This document shows positions 1-13,567 of a stretch of DNA of 64,000 nucleotides, one piece after another (the stretch's first letter is position 1; the number at the start of each line of letters is the position of its first letter). Position numbers and translations under genes: made by a program. Source of the DNA: Bilabrum cf. latius. Lineage: Eukaryota. Where the stretch lies: contig OZ237761.1 of NCBI GenBank assembly GCA_965178125.1, positions 434,001-498,000 on the forward strand, given 5' to 3'. The notes below the pieces were generated by a model that saw only the letters and a list, made by a program, of their open reading frames with translations, did not search any database and was not told the DNA's origin.

Positions 1-2
1 GC

Positions 3-1913
3 ACTTGGGGCGCTGCCCACGGCGGCTCAGGGTCTAGTGCGACCGCATTTAGCCGCGGCAGCTGCGCTCGTAGCTTGGGCGGGATCGTGATACCTGAGTG
101 CAAAACCATGGGACAGAAGAAGGAGTTTCTGCAGCTTCGGTTTGGGCTGTCCGAAGACGATGCGCTAGAGGTTGTCTCCTGCGCTGGGTATGATATCCAT
201 GTTGCGGTGAAACTACTAGGGGATAAAGACGCCATGGAAACAATGGGCGTTACGGTTCCAGACTCCATGCGAATCAAGTCTCCAGAAGAGCTGGCACAGG
301 TGGATGCAGGCGAGAAGGTGCTTGAGCGGCTGACTCCCTTCGAGCATGATGCACTGGAATGGCTATGGGTTAGATGCACGCAGAAAATACCCGCGGCTGT
401 GATCACCCGATGGGCCTTCATAGCTGCCTACTCTCAGTTGGGCGGCGAGAGACTCTACGAGCTCATTAGCAACGACCAGGTCATCAACATCCTGGACGCG
501 TCCACCGCCGCACAGTCCTCTGCAGCTGCAAGTGCTGCCGGTGGGGCAGGATCCAAGGAGGAAGGGGTGCCAACAGCAGATAAGGCAAACGCAGCCAAGC
601 TAGCCGCTGTCCTCGCCGAGTAGTAGACGGAGCCATTCCTGACGACGTGGAACCCGCTCGCCAGCGTCTCTCTATTCTCGCTTCGGCTGCTTCGCAATGC
701 GAACAGGTGCTGCCTCAGCTGTGGGGTCCTTCTCCGTGTGAATGGTATGCGCCCTACTATGTGCGGTCGTTCGCAGTGTGCGCATCGGCACGCTTCGCTC
801 TGGCTTGGCAACGCGCTCCACAGCTTTGTGATGCGTCATCCACGGGTGATGGACTTGCTGATATCATTCTTCTATACCTTCGTACATTCCTGCCCAAGGG
901 TGCGAATGCCACTGCGGTGGCCGCACGGCTTGTCCAATAGGGGCCGGATGGGCGTGACGGCCGCCACGGAGGTCACCATCGGACCCGAGCCAAATGATGC
1001 AGACCTGGAAAAGCTCAAGAAGGCAATCGCAGCATGTCCCAGCGTGGACTCGATGCAACGGACGGGCAGGAGGGGCGGGACCGATGCACTCGAAGCAAGG
1101 CTGGACCGGATCAACACGCTGATCGTGCCGATCTTGCGGTCCCTGCTGGCCGAGACGCCGTCCTTCATTCACTGCATGAACGATGGCAGGGCGCCGAATC
1201 CGCTGAAAGGCACCAATGAGCACTGGTGCTTTGTGTTTCGCCAGGGCAATGCTGACAGGGAGGCGATCTTTCAGAACGATCGCCCTTCGAGGCCAAGCTT
1301 CTGGGCATGGCACGGATCGAGCTTCTTCAACTGGTGGGGCATTCTCAAGGGCGGCTTGCGGAACTTCAGCGGGACAAAGCTCATGTCTGCCGGTGCTGCA
1401 CTCGGTGCCGGCATATACTTCTCCGAGAACTGGTCCACCTCGACAGGCTATTCGCAGCCCGGGACTACCTGGCCCAAGACAGCACTCAAGCACTCGCCCG
1501 CCAAATTCCAGGAGCTGCGTCAGGCAGTCACGAAGCGAGCGCGTGAGCTCAAGGCAGCAGCCAGCGGTCCTCTTGGCCCAACGGATCTGGACAGGATCGA
1601 GCAGCAGGCCGAGGACGAAGTGATACCATCGGGAGGGGCCGATGTGCCTGTGTTTGCAGCGGCCATGTGCGAGCTACTGAGCAAGAAGGATGGGGACGGC
1701 AAGGGCTGCTACCAAAAGGGTGGTAACGCCGGTTAGGGGCATGGCGGCCACGTCCACGTGCTGCAGAAAGAGGACTGGTGCATGACTCGGTTCCTCATTG
1801 CGGGCGCGAGCAGCACCCGTGGTAGCCTCACCCTGGATCCAAAGACGGACAAGGAATTGCTTGGTCGGGTGACGAGTGGCATGGTGACGCGCGTGCACAA
1901 GACGATCGACTGA
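3..1913 (+). CDS. PARP6/8/16-like mono-ADP-ribosyltransferase (5' partial; in-frame TAG at 621, 624, 1734)
   Basis: ORFs 75..623 and 738..1736 share a frame and are separated only by TAGTAG. The frame is open from position 3 to TGA 1911-1913. Motifs: CCLSCG...RPTMCGRSQC (Zn-finger-like), WHGSSFFNWWGILKGGLRNFSGTKLMSAGAALGAGIYFS, and C-terminal VLQKEDWCMTRFLI, which lies after the TAG at 1734. Confidence 0.8.
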
Positions 1914-2013
1914 GCTACATGTTTACACGAAGTGCCGCACCGGCGTACCAAATTGCTTGCAAGGACATCCTGAAAACTCAGTTCAACTCGTAGGGCAAAT
2001 AGTTCAAGTGTAC

Positions 2014-5000
2014 TCAAAGGTAATTTCCTGTTTGCCCATCGCTACCCCCGGCTCCCTTGCCTTGGCCGTTGCCATCCACCGCACCTTCTTCTTCCTCCTC
2101 GTGCTCGTCCTCGTCATCCGGCGGCAGTCCCAGGGCCTCTCGCTCCGCCCGCACCTCCGCCGCCAGTTCTTCCGCGGCCTCTCTCTCCTCCCTCTCCAGC
2201 CTCAGGGCCTCTTCCTCTGCCTCGTCCTTGTCCTTGCCTTCCCAATCCACGCTCGACTCAGACCCGAAGCTGTAGCGACGTCTCGCTGCCAGTGGCGCGG
2301 GGAGGATCCCTAGCACAACCAGCTGGGTCTGCACCTTCTCAGCCAGCGGTCCCCCGTCCGAGTCGAAGCCAGCCAGCTTTGCGGCTTGATCCATCAGCTC
2401 GGCGGCGGTCATTTCGCCCTCTTCGGGCGGCTTGGACGCGCTACCACCAGCGGCCTGGTTGCTTGCCTTATCACCCGCCTGAGAATCATCGTCGCTGTCC
2501 TAGTCCTCGTCTCCATCCCCAGCTGCTCCGCTGGCAGCCGCTGGCTTGCTCAGCAGTTTGGCATCTTCTCTCTCCCTGTGCTCCTTCTCGGCCTTTAGCC
2601 TGAGCACGCCTTCCCTCATCGCGTGCATCTCGCGCACCTTGGCTCGCATCGCCTCCATCCCATCCTCTGGTCCGGCGCCCACGCCACCCTCCCCCGAAGG
2701 GTCGTCCAGCCCACCCGCCACCGCAATCGCGCCCTCGTGACTCGCAGACGGATCCAGCCCGCCTTGCACGTACCTCTACCTCTGAGCCTCCTCGGCCGCT
2801 GCAGCAGCCGCCGAAGTCCCGGCGATTCCGATCACCGCTGCTGGCTGATCTCTGGGCCCCGACACGGGCTCCCCGCGCACCCGCGCAGCTGCGAGCTCCT
2901 GCAACCGCTCCTCCTCAGCGCGCGCCTTGTCACTCGTCAGCAGATCCTCCAGCGCCACGTCGATGGCGCCATACTCCAGCTCGTCTGCGCCGGCCCGGCC
3001 CTTGGCACCGAAACCCCTGCCGCCTTCCTCGTCCTGCTGCTCGAAAAATCGCCTCCCCGTTGGATCCAGCACGAACTTCGTCTTCATAAGAGGTCTTACC
3101 CGCCTGGATATCTCGGTCGCCCTGTCGCGCAGCCTCTCCGCCTCCCCGCCCCAGCCCTCATGATCCTCGTCCTCATCACCATCCAGCATCGCGAGATCTG
3201 CATCCGCACTCATCACGCCTGTGCCGTGCTGCTGCTTGGACTTGCGCAGGTCGGGCGTGTCTTTCATGAGCCTGTACAGCAGCATCCTATCCTGGGCCTG
3301 CTTTCTGTCCACCCACTCCTTATAGTCCTCGCCTTGACCATCGTCCCCGTCCCACAACCTCCTCCAGCCGTGCCTGAAGGCCCGTCTCCTGTTCTTCTCA
3401 AATACGAGGTCCATCGCCCGGTCCCTCTGCTTCCTCTCCAGCTGCCGAAGCGCCGCAGACCGCCACTGCACCATGTTACGCGCGGCCCGCATCCTCTGCA
3501 CCTCCGCTTTGGAGTTCTTCCTGCGTAGACGGTCCTCTTCAAGCCGCAGGGCCACAGCCGCCTCCTCCATGTCAAGTTTGGTCTCATCGATCTGCACCTC
3601 GAGCTCGTGGTCGTATGCATTCGAAGCCTGCACCTTTCGATACGCCTCCTTTGTGGCCTTGTACGCTGCCGCTTTACCTGCAGCGGCAGTGCGCTTCGTC
3701 TCGACCAGCCGGACCTGCTCGCGCACCTCTGCCTGTGCCTGCGATGCCTTGAGGATGGCGCGGGCCCTGATTGCGTTGGCCCGCCTCTCGATCCTGCGCT
3801 TGCCCTGCGGCGTGACAGCCCAGGCCCTCATCAGGTGGATCATGCGCTGCGTCAGGGCGATGACCTCGCGCAGCTCTGTGCCTCGCCTGGATGCCTCCTC
3901 TCTCGTGAGCGTCCTCTGAGCGATCACGTAGCCAGGTCGCACGCAAGCCGGCTCGTGTCTGGCGGGCTTGTCAGGCAGCTCAACCACGCGCAGCCTTCGG
4001 CCGTCTGCGTCACGCCGTGGCCACCTGACGGCCTCGCCCACGTCGTCGTCCTCGCCGGGGTGCAAGCCGGTCCGAAGGGCATCCGCTGCTGCAAGCTGCG
4101 CGTTTCTGTTCTGCCTGCCGTTGGCGATCAGCTCGTTGGGGTCCCTAGCGCTGGACAACTTGGTGCGCAACGTACCCATCTGCAGCCGGGAATCCGGCGG
4201 AAGCTCTACAGGGCCGGCGTAGAGGTTGTCGTTACCGACGAGGGCGTCGCCGTCGGGGTCGATTACCCGCAACAGGGCACGACGACCCATGGCCGCGCCC
4301 TCGGGCTCGCAAGGAATCGCCGACCCGGCCTGACGCGCCTCTGCGTCATCGGCTGACGTCACCTTGCGCTCCATCGTGGACAAATTCGTCGCAAAGGAGG
4401 CAGACACGGGGTCTTCCAGTCGCTCCCCCACATCAGCTGCCACCCGAGCCGCCTCCTCCCTGGCGTGATCTCTGCGGAGCAACGCACTGCTGGTGGACTT
4501 CTTCTATGAATACCCGTCCTGCGCCCCTGCACCCTCTTCGCCTTTCTTCTTGGATTCCTTGGATTTCAGGGCCTCTTCTGCTTGCCTCACCTCGCGCTCT
4601 ACAACGGCTTGCTGCGGCAGCGGGCCCCACATAAGCCGTCCGCCCCGTTTGAGGGACCTATACGCAACCAGGTCCGAAACGTCGACGCCGGCCTTGCTGG
4701 CAAGCTCGGCACAAGGGCAGGTCGGGAAAGGAACGGCCGCTTCCGGTTCTGCCACCGGACCGTAAGGGCTCTAAAACCTCCGGAGCAACGCCTCCGTGTG
4801 CTCCCTGGGAAGGTCGAAGTTGTTCATGAACACGAGCGGGACGGCATGCCTCCGCTGTGACCTCCGCCTGGCTGCCTCCACCGGATGGTTCAGGTCAACC
4901 TTCTTTCCATTGCGGATGCGGATGTCCGGGGGACGGTAGTAGGGGTGCTTTTTGTTGAATTTCTCCCTTCGAGGCCGGCCACGGAGCGTGTACCGGTGCG

Positions 5001-8000
5001 GTGACTTGGTCGCAAGTTGGACGTGGTCGGCGTTCTCCGGATCCAGGTCATCTCCAGGCCCGGGACCCACGCCGGCATCCATTCGAGCCTCCCGCTCGAG
5101 GGCCATGGCCCGCTGCCTCTTCCTCCTCTGCTAGATGTCCACCGTTGCACCGACTGGCACGAGCTAGAGGAGGGCTGCTCGAGGCAGCTTGGGCCCGCCC
5201 TTGGCCTATTGCTCCTCTTTGGCGCGCCGCTCTGCGTCTCGCTGCCCCTGGCGCCGCAGCAAGCGTCGAGCTCGCCGTCGCTTTGCGGCCGTGATGGTAT
5301 CGCCAGCGTCTAGATCGTCTAGCCCATCGGTCACACCCGACAGCACCGTGAGCTGCCTCCCCATGCTGCCCCCACCATCCGAGGAGCTGTCGCCGCTCAG
5401 GTCACCGCCATCCACGTCGTTGTCGCTCTCGGATCCGCTCAGGTAGTAGTCGCCCGTGCCTGCGAGCACCATCTTTTCAACGTCTCCTGCCATGCGTCGG
5501 GCACCAGTCCCGGTCGCACCAGTACCTTCCACGTTGCTCTTGTCGCTTTTCTTATTTCGCCGGTGACGGCGCTTCCGACCACGGTCGGCTGCCTCGGGGT
5601 CCCGACCGCCCGCGTCGTCGGTTTTATTGCCAGAGTCAGCTGCACCGCCATCATCCTCGCCGCTCAAATCGTCCCCATCGTCCCAAATCTCCTCCACCTG
5701 CATGGCATCGCTTCCTTCCTCCCCCCCAGCGCCGTCAGGGTGGCGGTCGCGGTGGTACCGGGGTGAAGAAGCTCGCTATACGCCCTCCAGCTCACCCCTC
5801 TCGAGCAGAGCCAGCTCTTCGTCATCTTCATCATCGCTGAGATCCTCGGCATCCTCACGGGCGGCGGGTGCGTCCCACGCCAAGGCCGGTTCGATCTGCC
5901 ACATCCAGTCGCCGTCCCTGACCTCAGGCGCCTTAAGCCGCAGTTCAGCCACCTGTCTAGCGAGGTTGGGCCTGGGGTACTTGCCCTCCCTGGCTGCCGC
6001 CCGGATGTCGTCCAGTGTCATCGCACTCCCCTCGGCGATGTCTAGCAAGTCCGTCGAGGTCTGCTCGGCTAAGGTACCCGCTGCGAAGCGTACGCCCCCT
6101 GTCTTCTTTCCATCTGTCTGGTTGCCCGCGCCGCTAGAAGCACCGCCCTCGGCGGCCCCTATGCCCTTGTCCTCATCGGACGCATGGCCGTCCCTGATTG
6201 CAAGCCTGCTGCCGTTTCCTGTCCGTCTCGTCCCAGCTGCTGCATCCTCGTGCTCCAGCAACTGGCGAGCAGCTTCCTCTTCCGCTTCGCGCCGTTCTCT
6301 GGCAGCAGCCTCCCTCTCCTTCCTGGCCTTCTCTCGCTTGCCCTCCAGCCTTTCCTCCCAGTAAGAATCCTCTTCTTTGCCGAACACCGGCCATACAACC
6401 CGTCCTTCCACCTCCTGTTGCCGCAGACGAGCGGGCCCGCCCTTCACGAGCACCATGAGAGGGTACCGCTTGGGGTCTTGCCAGGCCCTAAGGTGCTCAA
6501 TGGGCAAACCACGGGGCACCATCTGCGAGCCGAAGACGCCGTCCAGATCCACTCCGTAGCACGGGATCATCTCCTCGTCTTCCCCCCACGGCCGCTTCAC
6601 GTCAGCGGTGATGAACGAGTCGGAGATGAGACTCTGCTGGAAGGCCACATCGATTAAGTCCTGGAACATCATGAGCTGTGACTGCATCCAGGCAAACCTG
6701 CGTCGGTCTACCAGCGCCTGCACAAAGTCGTGGAAGCTGTCCTTGCTTGCTACAACTCCGTAGAAATCTCCGTTCACCATGACATCTGCAGCGGCGTCGA
6801 TGGCAACGAGGTCCTCTGGAAGAAGCACCCTTCTCATCGCACCGCGAGCGACGATGTGCTGCCTCCTGCCGTAGAAGAGATAACCCGCTTCCTGCGACCC
6901 ATCTTTGGCCATCTGCCTCTGCCTGTTGGCAGCGTCCTGGACCGCCTTCTCGAGTGCGGCGCGCTCCACTCGCCCGCCCATGCCGAGCGCAATGCTCTCC
7001 CAGACGAGTTTCTCGCTCGCCGGCAAGCCTCGACCGTCCTTACCGCCAAGGCCGAGCCCACGGTCGGCCCAACCTGCCACAGGGGTGAGGTTCCTGGGGT
7101 CAATCTCTAGGCCGACCTGCTCTAGAACCGACTGCACATCGTGCAGCCGCTGCAGCCTTTCCTAGGAATAGTCCCTCATTACCTGCACACCGGCGTCCAG
7201 CAGTCGCTACGGGGGTGATCGCAGCCTGGGGTTGTGGTGCAGCTTGATTTCTCGAAGGGCTGGCATCCGCAGGAGAAGGTCTCCGAGGTCAGGGAGGTCG
7301 TTGCCCTGCAGCCACAGGCTCTCCAGCGCGTTAGACAGCGGGCTGTCCCCGTGGAGCGACCGCGGCAGCCTGCGAATACGGTTATAGGCGATTCGCAGCT
7401 GCTTCAACGAAGACAACAGTCCGAGGGAGTCGGGCAGGCCGCATCCATCGGGGGACTGACCAAGCGCGCATCGATTCGCATCCAGGCGAGCTAGGCTTCC
7501 ACACAGTGCCAGCGACTCGGGCAGTGCCTCAAGTTTCGGGTTGCTGTCCAACGTGAGGCGCTTCAGCGAGACCATCGCACCCATGCCTAGTGGCAGGTTC
7601 TCTAGCTGATTGCCTGAAAGGTCAAGCTGCTGCAAGTCTGGCAGCGCGTGCGGAAACGCGGCAGGCAGCTCTAGTAACCTGTTATGGGAGAGATCCATGA
7701 CCTCTAACTTCTGCAGGCACAATACACCTGGTGGAAATCCGACGATCTGATTCCTGGCGAGGTCGAGCACCTTCATGTGCTCGAGGTCCCGCAGCACCAC
7801 CTGGGGCAGCTGCCTCAGCTTGTTGCCACGGAGCGATAGGGCCTGCAACTTCGTCAGCTGCCGCAGGGCGCCAGGCACCTGCGTCATGCCGTTGAAGCCC
7901 AGCCGCAGCTCCTGCAGGCCCTTGTACTTGAAGATTGCGCCCTTGACGTGCGCTGGGACGGCATCGTATGATTCAAAGTACCGGTTGGCGTTGACGGCCC

Positions 8001-11000
8001 TCACATCGCCTGATCGTGCAGCCTCCACCATCTGAGTCAGCTGAGCGTGCATGGCCCCCTCAGAGGATACCAGCTCACCATCAGTGCCACCCCGCACCAG
8101 CTGCAGCTCAGGTGGCGCACCTCGCTGGTAAATGTGCTGAGCCTGCCTGCATGCCCATCGGATGCCCTCCGGGCCCCTTCTTACCGCATCGTCCGGCGGA
8201 AACTGCAGGGGGTTGCCGTGCAAGGCAATGCTCTTGAGCGCCTTGAGCCGGGCGAAAGAGAGAGGTAGCCGCTCGATCGCATTGTTCCCTATCCGGAGCC
8301 GAATGAGGGAAGAGAGATCGCCCATGCTTGGGGGCAGGTCCTGCAGTCGATTTCCCTCCAAATTAATGGCCTTCAGGCTCCTGCATGACCCAATGGAAGC
8401 TGGTACCGACTGGACATAGTTGTGCTGGAGGCTGAGTTCTTCCAGCGTGGTGCATTCACCCACGGTCTCGGGGATGGAACCCAGGATATTGTGGTCGGCG
8501 AGCACTCGCTTGAGCTTGGGGCACCTAAACAGCGAGGCGGGGAGGTGCGCCAGCCGGTTATTCCTCACGTTGAGCACCTCCAGGTTGACCAGCTGCTCCC
8601 ACCGGTCCGCTGATGGCGGCATGTGCACGGACACCAACCCACGATGCCTGTGCACGAACAGCAGCGCCCTTGCGGGCTGCCTCAGGCCCATGTTCTCTGC
8701 GACGCCGCCCAAAGGAGCAGTCTCTCCTGCTGCAGCAGGCATCAAACCTGTTCCCTCGCCAGGTAGCACCTGGCCGAGCGTATCGTCGAGCGTGGCACCA
8801 CCTGCAGCTGTCCTTGCAGCACTTGCACCCCTCGATGCATCCGTGTCTCTCTGGATATCCCGAGTGCGCAGCCCAAACACCACGGCAGGGTCCTGCTTGA
8901 TCAGCTGCCCACCACCACCCCTTCGCTACCCGAAGCCCGCACCTGTGCTTGCATGCGTCGCATCATCCCCACCGTATTGCACCCCACCGGCAGTGGCAGA
9001 CTGCTCACCACCTTCCTGCCAATGCCCTCGGTAGTACGTTGACCCGTCGTCATCGTACCCACCTTGCTCTGCCAATGCCGCCTGCTGCCCGCCATTGTAG
9101 CCCTGGCCCTACCCAGAGACCTCAGTTCCTGCCACGGACTGGTACTCGCTGTTGTAGGCAAACACCCCAGCACCCGGAGTGGAAGCCCCCATCGGCGTCG
9201 ATGCCCATGCCTGCGTGCCTGCCCCAGCCATGGGCGTCTGCTGCATGGGCCCGCCTCCCGACCAGTAGGACGCCTGGTCCGCGTCACTGTACCCTGTGCC
9301 ACCCTCGCTGGCACCCCACCGTGCCGTCACCTCAAGCTTCGGAGCTCCATCACCACCACCGATGTTGCCACCGCCGGCGGACGGGGACAGAGGCACCAGC
9401 TGCATGGCGCCACTTTGACCGCCATTGCCGCCCCCTGCTGCGTAGTCCGTCTGAGCGTCCCAGCTGGACCCCGCACCGTGCGTTAGATCTGCGCCCGGTG
9501 ACAACATACTCCCACCACCGGTGCCATTCCGTCCAGCACCCGACGCCACCACCAGTTGCCCGCCCGCACTGCCATCCGTCAAATCGCGTGTGCTGCCGCC
9601 AGCGCCGTGCAGAGTAGAAACCGTGCCTCCGGCTTGCCACGTCGTGCGCTGGGAGCGCAACGAGTCCTTCTCGTCAGGGAACACAACCGATTCCGAGTCC
9701 TGTCCATGCACGCTGGGGCCGGACGCGGGCCCTTTGACTGCCCCTGGCATCGAGGTGCTGAGCTTGGTCCCGCCCGCAACTGCTGCTGCTCCCGCCATCA
9801 TGGTGTGCACGGGTGGCAGCTCAGCCCAAGGGTCCAAGCCGTACCCTCCTGCGTCATCACCGGCGACTTCCACCGCGGCGTGAGCAGCATCGCCCGTGGC
9901 CAGCGTAAGATCCCAGCCCGGGCCCAGATCCACGTCAGCCGCGCCCATGTGCCTTAGGCCCGAGTTGAAGGGGTCCATCTCGTCCATTGCGGGCTCTTCC
10001 CGACGCACCATGCTCGGCTGGTGCAGCCCTTGCAGGCCTGTAGGACCGGTCGCATGGACTCCATCGGGGGCACCCCACCCTCCCTTTGGTGACCGCTCCG
10101 CGACTGCTGGTGGTGGAACACCATACACTGCTTCCCAGACCAGCACCCCTTCTTTCTCCGCCTCCTGCTTGCGTCTCTTGAGATCCTCGCTCTCTTCGTC
10201 TTGCCATCCTTCTGGTGCCTCCCACTGGCTCTCGCCCGAGGCCTCGTTGAAGTAGTAATACAGGCCGTTCTCCTCGTCCCAGCCCCGCTGCCAGGCCTGA
10301 TGGTACCTCTGCCACTCTTCTGCAGCAGCATCTGCTTCGTCATGCTCTTGTTCCGCAGCTGATGCAGCGGCTACACGACGAGCCAGAGCATCTGCAGCCT
10401 CCTGCTGCTTCTCCACCATCGCGGCTGCTTCCGCCCGAAGTGAAAGCGAGCCATGCGACGCACGTGCGGCTTGCAGTTCGGCCCCGGAAGCATGCTTGTC
10501 TTCAGGACCTTCTCGCGCACTGGCAGTGTGCACCGACGGGGCGAGTTCCTTCAGGATGCCCTGCCGCTGCAGGGACTCGTGCGCTCCCCTTACTTCATCA
10601 GCCTCATCGTCGAATCCCTCTGGCTTGTGCCGCTACATGGCACCTGTGCGCTTGTGGAAGTAGGCGACCTAGCCCGTCCTTGGGTCCTCCACGATCTTCC
10701 AGTCCATGCGGGTTTTCTGTCGCCGCCGGGCACGGGCTCTGGTAGCTTTGTCACCAGTGGTGCTCGCCTACTTTGGCTCGTCTGTTGTGGAGCCCTGGCT
10801 CTGCCCAGCAACAGCTACTCCCGCGTCTGGGCCTGCATTTGCTGCTGGCGTTGGCTACCCAGCCGCAGATCCTGAGCTCTTCAAGTCAGCCGCAGCCTAG
10901 GTAGCCTCGCTCTCAGGACCCCCACCCACATCGTTCGGAGCTGTGAAATTCGCCCCTGTCCAGTCAAGCCCGCGCTTTGCGTCCGATTCGCTGCTGCTGG

Positions 11001-13455
11001 CTCTATCCGCCGCCGGAGTGGCCGGAGGCAGCGCCAGCCAGCCGCTGACCTCCTCCCCTGCCCGTCGCCGGGGAGGGCTTGGAGGCGCGGGCAGCGGGCC
11101 GTCCGCGTCGCCCTCGGCAGCTGCTCCCGGCTTGGGCGGGGCAGTGTCTGCGCCGAGAAGTGCCAGGCTCAGCAGGTGGTTGCTCTGCAGGTCCAGCACC
11201 TTGAGGCTCTGCAGCCTGCGGAGGTGCCGCGGCAGCTTGATGAGCCTGTTGTCCGCTGCGCGCAGCGTTCGGAGCCTGTCGCACGCACCGAGGTTGCCGA
11301 TCCTGACCACCTAGTTCGCGCTCACGTCAAGGTCGACCAGGTTCCGCGCGTGCATGGGAGTCACCTCCCTCAGCATGTTGGATCGCATGTCCAAAGACGT
11401 CAGGGAGGTCTGCTGCCGCAGTGAGCGGGGCACTGCGCGGAACCGGTTGTTGCCAAGATGCACCCGCCTCGCAAAACGGAGGAGCAGCTGCTCCAGCGCG
11501 TGGTCTGGCCACACGGGAGCCAGAGCAGGGAGTGCCAGCGGCGCGCCCCTGGACTCGTGCTGGGCTCGCATCACGTCGTAGCTGCAAATGCTCGAAAGGC
11601 GGTTGTGTGGAACGACCAGCTCCGTCAGCACACGTCTGCGAAGGCAGGCATCAACGAATCGGGCAAACGTCACCGCAGCCACCGTGGGCGCGGCAACCCC
11701 TCCTGCGGGCGGGAGCGGTCGCGACACCTGCGCCTGCAGTACCCCAGCGCCCGAGCGCGGGACGAGGCCCCCCGCCGATTGCACCGCAGCGTCCACCCGC
11801 GAGCTGCCCCGGATTCCGTGGGAGCCTCGAGTGGCAAGAGCACCGCCCGTGAGTCCAGGAAGCAGCCTCCGCTGTTGCTGCGATACACCCACCACGCCCG
11901 CTCCCGTGTTGACCCCGTAGCCCTCCACGCCTCTGAGTGCAGGCAGGGCGGGCTTGGTCATGGAGCTAACGTCACGTTGGGTCTCCTTGGCAGCTAGTAG
12001 CCGCCCGCTGTACGTGTTGCCGAATGCATCAGGACCACCGAGGCCTGCCCCTACTGATTTCTTTGGCAGGACCTGCGGCTCCGGCTCGCCGCTTCCGCTG
12101 CGCCCGCCACGTCCACTGGCATCGGTCGACTGTCCCCTGCCAGAGCGCGCGAGCCCAGACCTGTCCAGGTACGCCGCAAGCTGCGTGGGGGGAAATAAGG
12201 CCGTAAGACCAACGCGCGGCAGCTGCAGAGACCCGCTCACTAGCGCGCCTCGGGCTGCCATGGTCACTGCGTCATCAGCCGCGTCATCGCTGATGATTGC
12301 GGCCCATCGGTCCCCGCGCGCATTGTACAGATTCGCGTGCGGGGGCAGTGCGGGGGCAGGGGGCGCGGCTGGCACCATCACCCCGCCGATCCCCTGCAAT
12401 TCTTCCTCGTTTTCCTCCTTGTCCTGGTCTGTATTCTCCGAAGTAGGTCCGGCCTGTCCATCAGCGCCGCTATCGGAGGCAGCCCCGGCTGACTAAACGC
12501 TGCTCCTGTGCTTGCTCTCGCCAGCCTCACTGGTCGCATTGCCTCCCAGTGTACCTTTACGTGTGTCCTCGTCCGTTGCAGCCATGGTAGCCCCGTGGGT
12601 ATCGTGCAGCTACGGTGCAACAGTCTCGCCGCCTTGCCCTCGCTGCCCAGCACCCCGGCCTGACCCGCTCTATCTTCGGCTGCCTGGCACATCTCCTGTC
12701 TTGCCCCTTCCAGCATCAAAGTCGGCCGTGTCATCGATGGGGATGGACAGCCCAGCGGCACATCCGGTCGTGCTGCCCAGCTCGCACGGAGCAGCACCTG
12801 CTCGCCCAAGCGATGCTCGCATGGCGTCGCGTGCTCGCTGCTGGTCTCCCACACCCAGCTGCAGCGGCTAGTTGTAGAAGAGACCGCGTCGCTGCGCCAG
12901 CAATGCGGCAGCAGACGCATTCAGGTGCTGGGCTGCCCCTGCGCTCGCTCCCCCCAACCTAACCTCCTTCAGTACCCGGTCGTCGCCAGCAGTGCCTGAC
13001 AGGCCCGCGGAAGTTGCAGACCCGCCGAATCGACGTGGTCGCTCAGCAGAAAGGTCATCAGACCCCGCAATGGCCTCCCCGCGGAGCGCGGCCTGAGCAA
13101 GCGCTGCAGCCTCTGCTGCAGTCGTGCCACCAGACTGGATTGCCGTTGCAAGCGCTCCGGCCTACGACGATCCCATGTACGCACCGCCGGTGATTCTAGC
13201 ATCGGGCCGCCCTAGATATCCTTCTTTGGGGGGATTTATGACTGGTTGTGCTGTGACATATCCACTTCTTGCCTCTTTTCGTTCTCCTGAGGCGGCTTTC
13301 TCTTGCAAGTACTGTCTAGCAGCCTTATGTGACCCAAGCCTTTTGACGAGGTTGGCATAACTATCCCGCGCTTGGGAAGCTTCCTACAAATTCAAAGCAC
13401 CAGGTGATTCTATTCGGTACCGATCGCGAGGCCTAGCGGCCATGGTTTCTGCCAT
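2014..13455 (-). CDS. Giant intronless LRR + WW-domain protein (~3813 aa; 24 in-frame TAG)
   Basis: Minus-strand ORFs 2014.., 2500.., 2776.., 4504.., 4771.., 5206.., 5776.., 7207.., 9109.., 10897.., 11311.. and 12670.. are all in one frame, broken only by TAG. No TAA/TGA from ATG 13455 (or 13443) to TGA 2014-2016. LRR blocks ~7210-8600 and ~11160-11600, WW-like motifs ~10213-10293 and ~10621-10701, charged coiled-coil C-terminus. Confidence 0.8.
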
Positions 13456-13567
13456 GAAAAATTCTCGAGTTGCCGGATACAATTGCACGCAACTATGCAT
13501 TTAAAAATCAGAACTGCGACAAAGTGCAATCGCAACCACGCAGACCTTCTGTACGAACCCAATCGTT

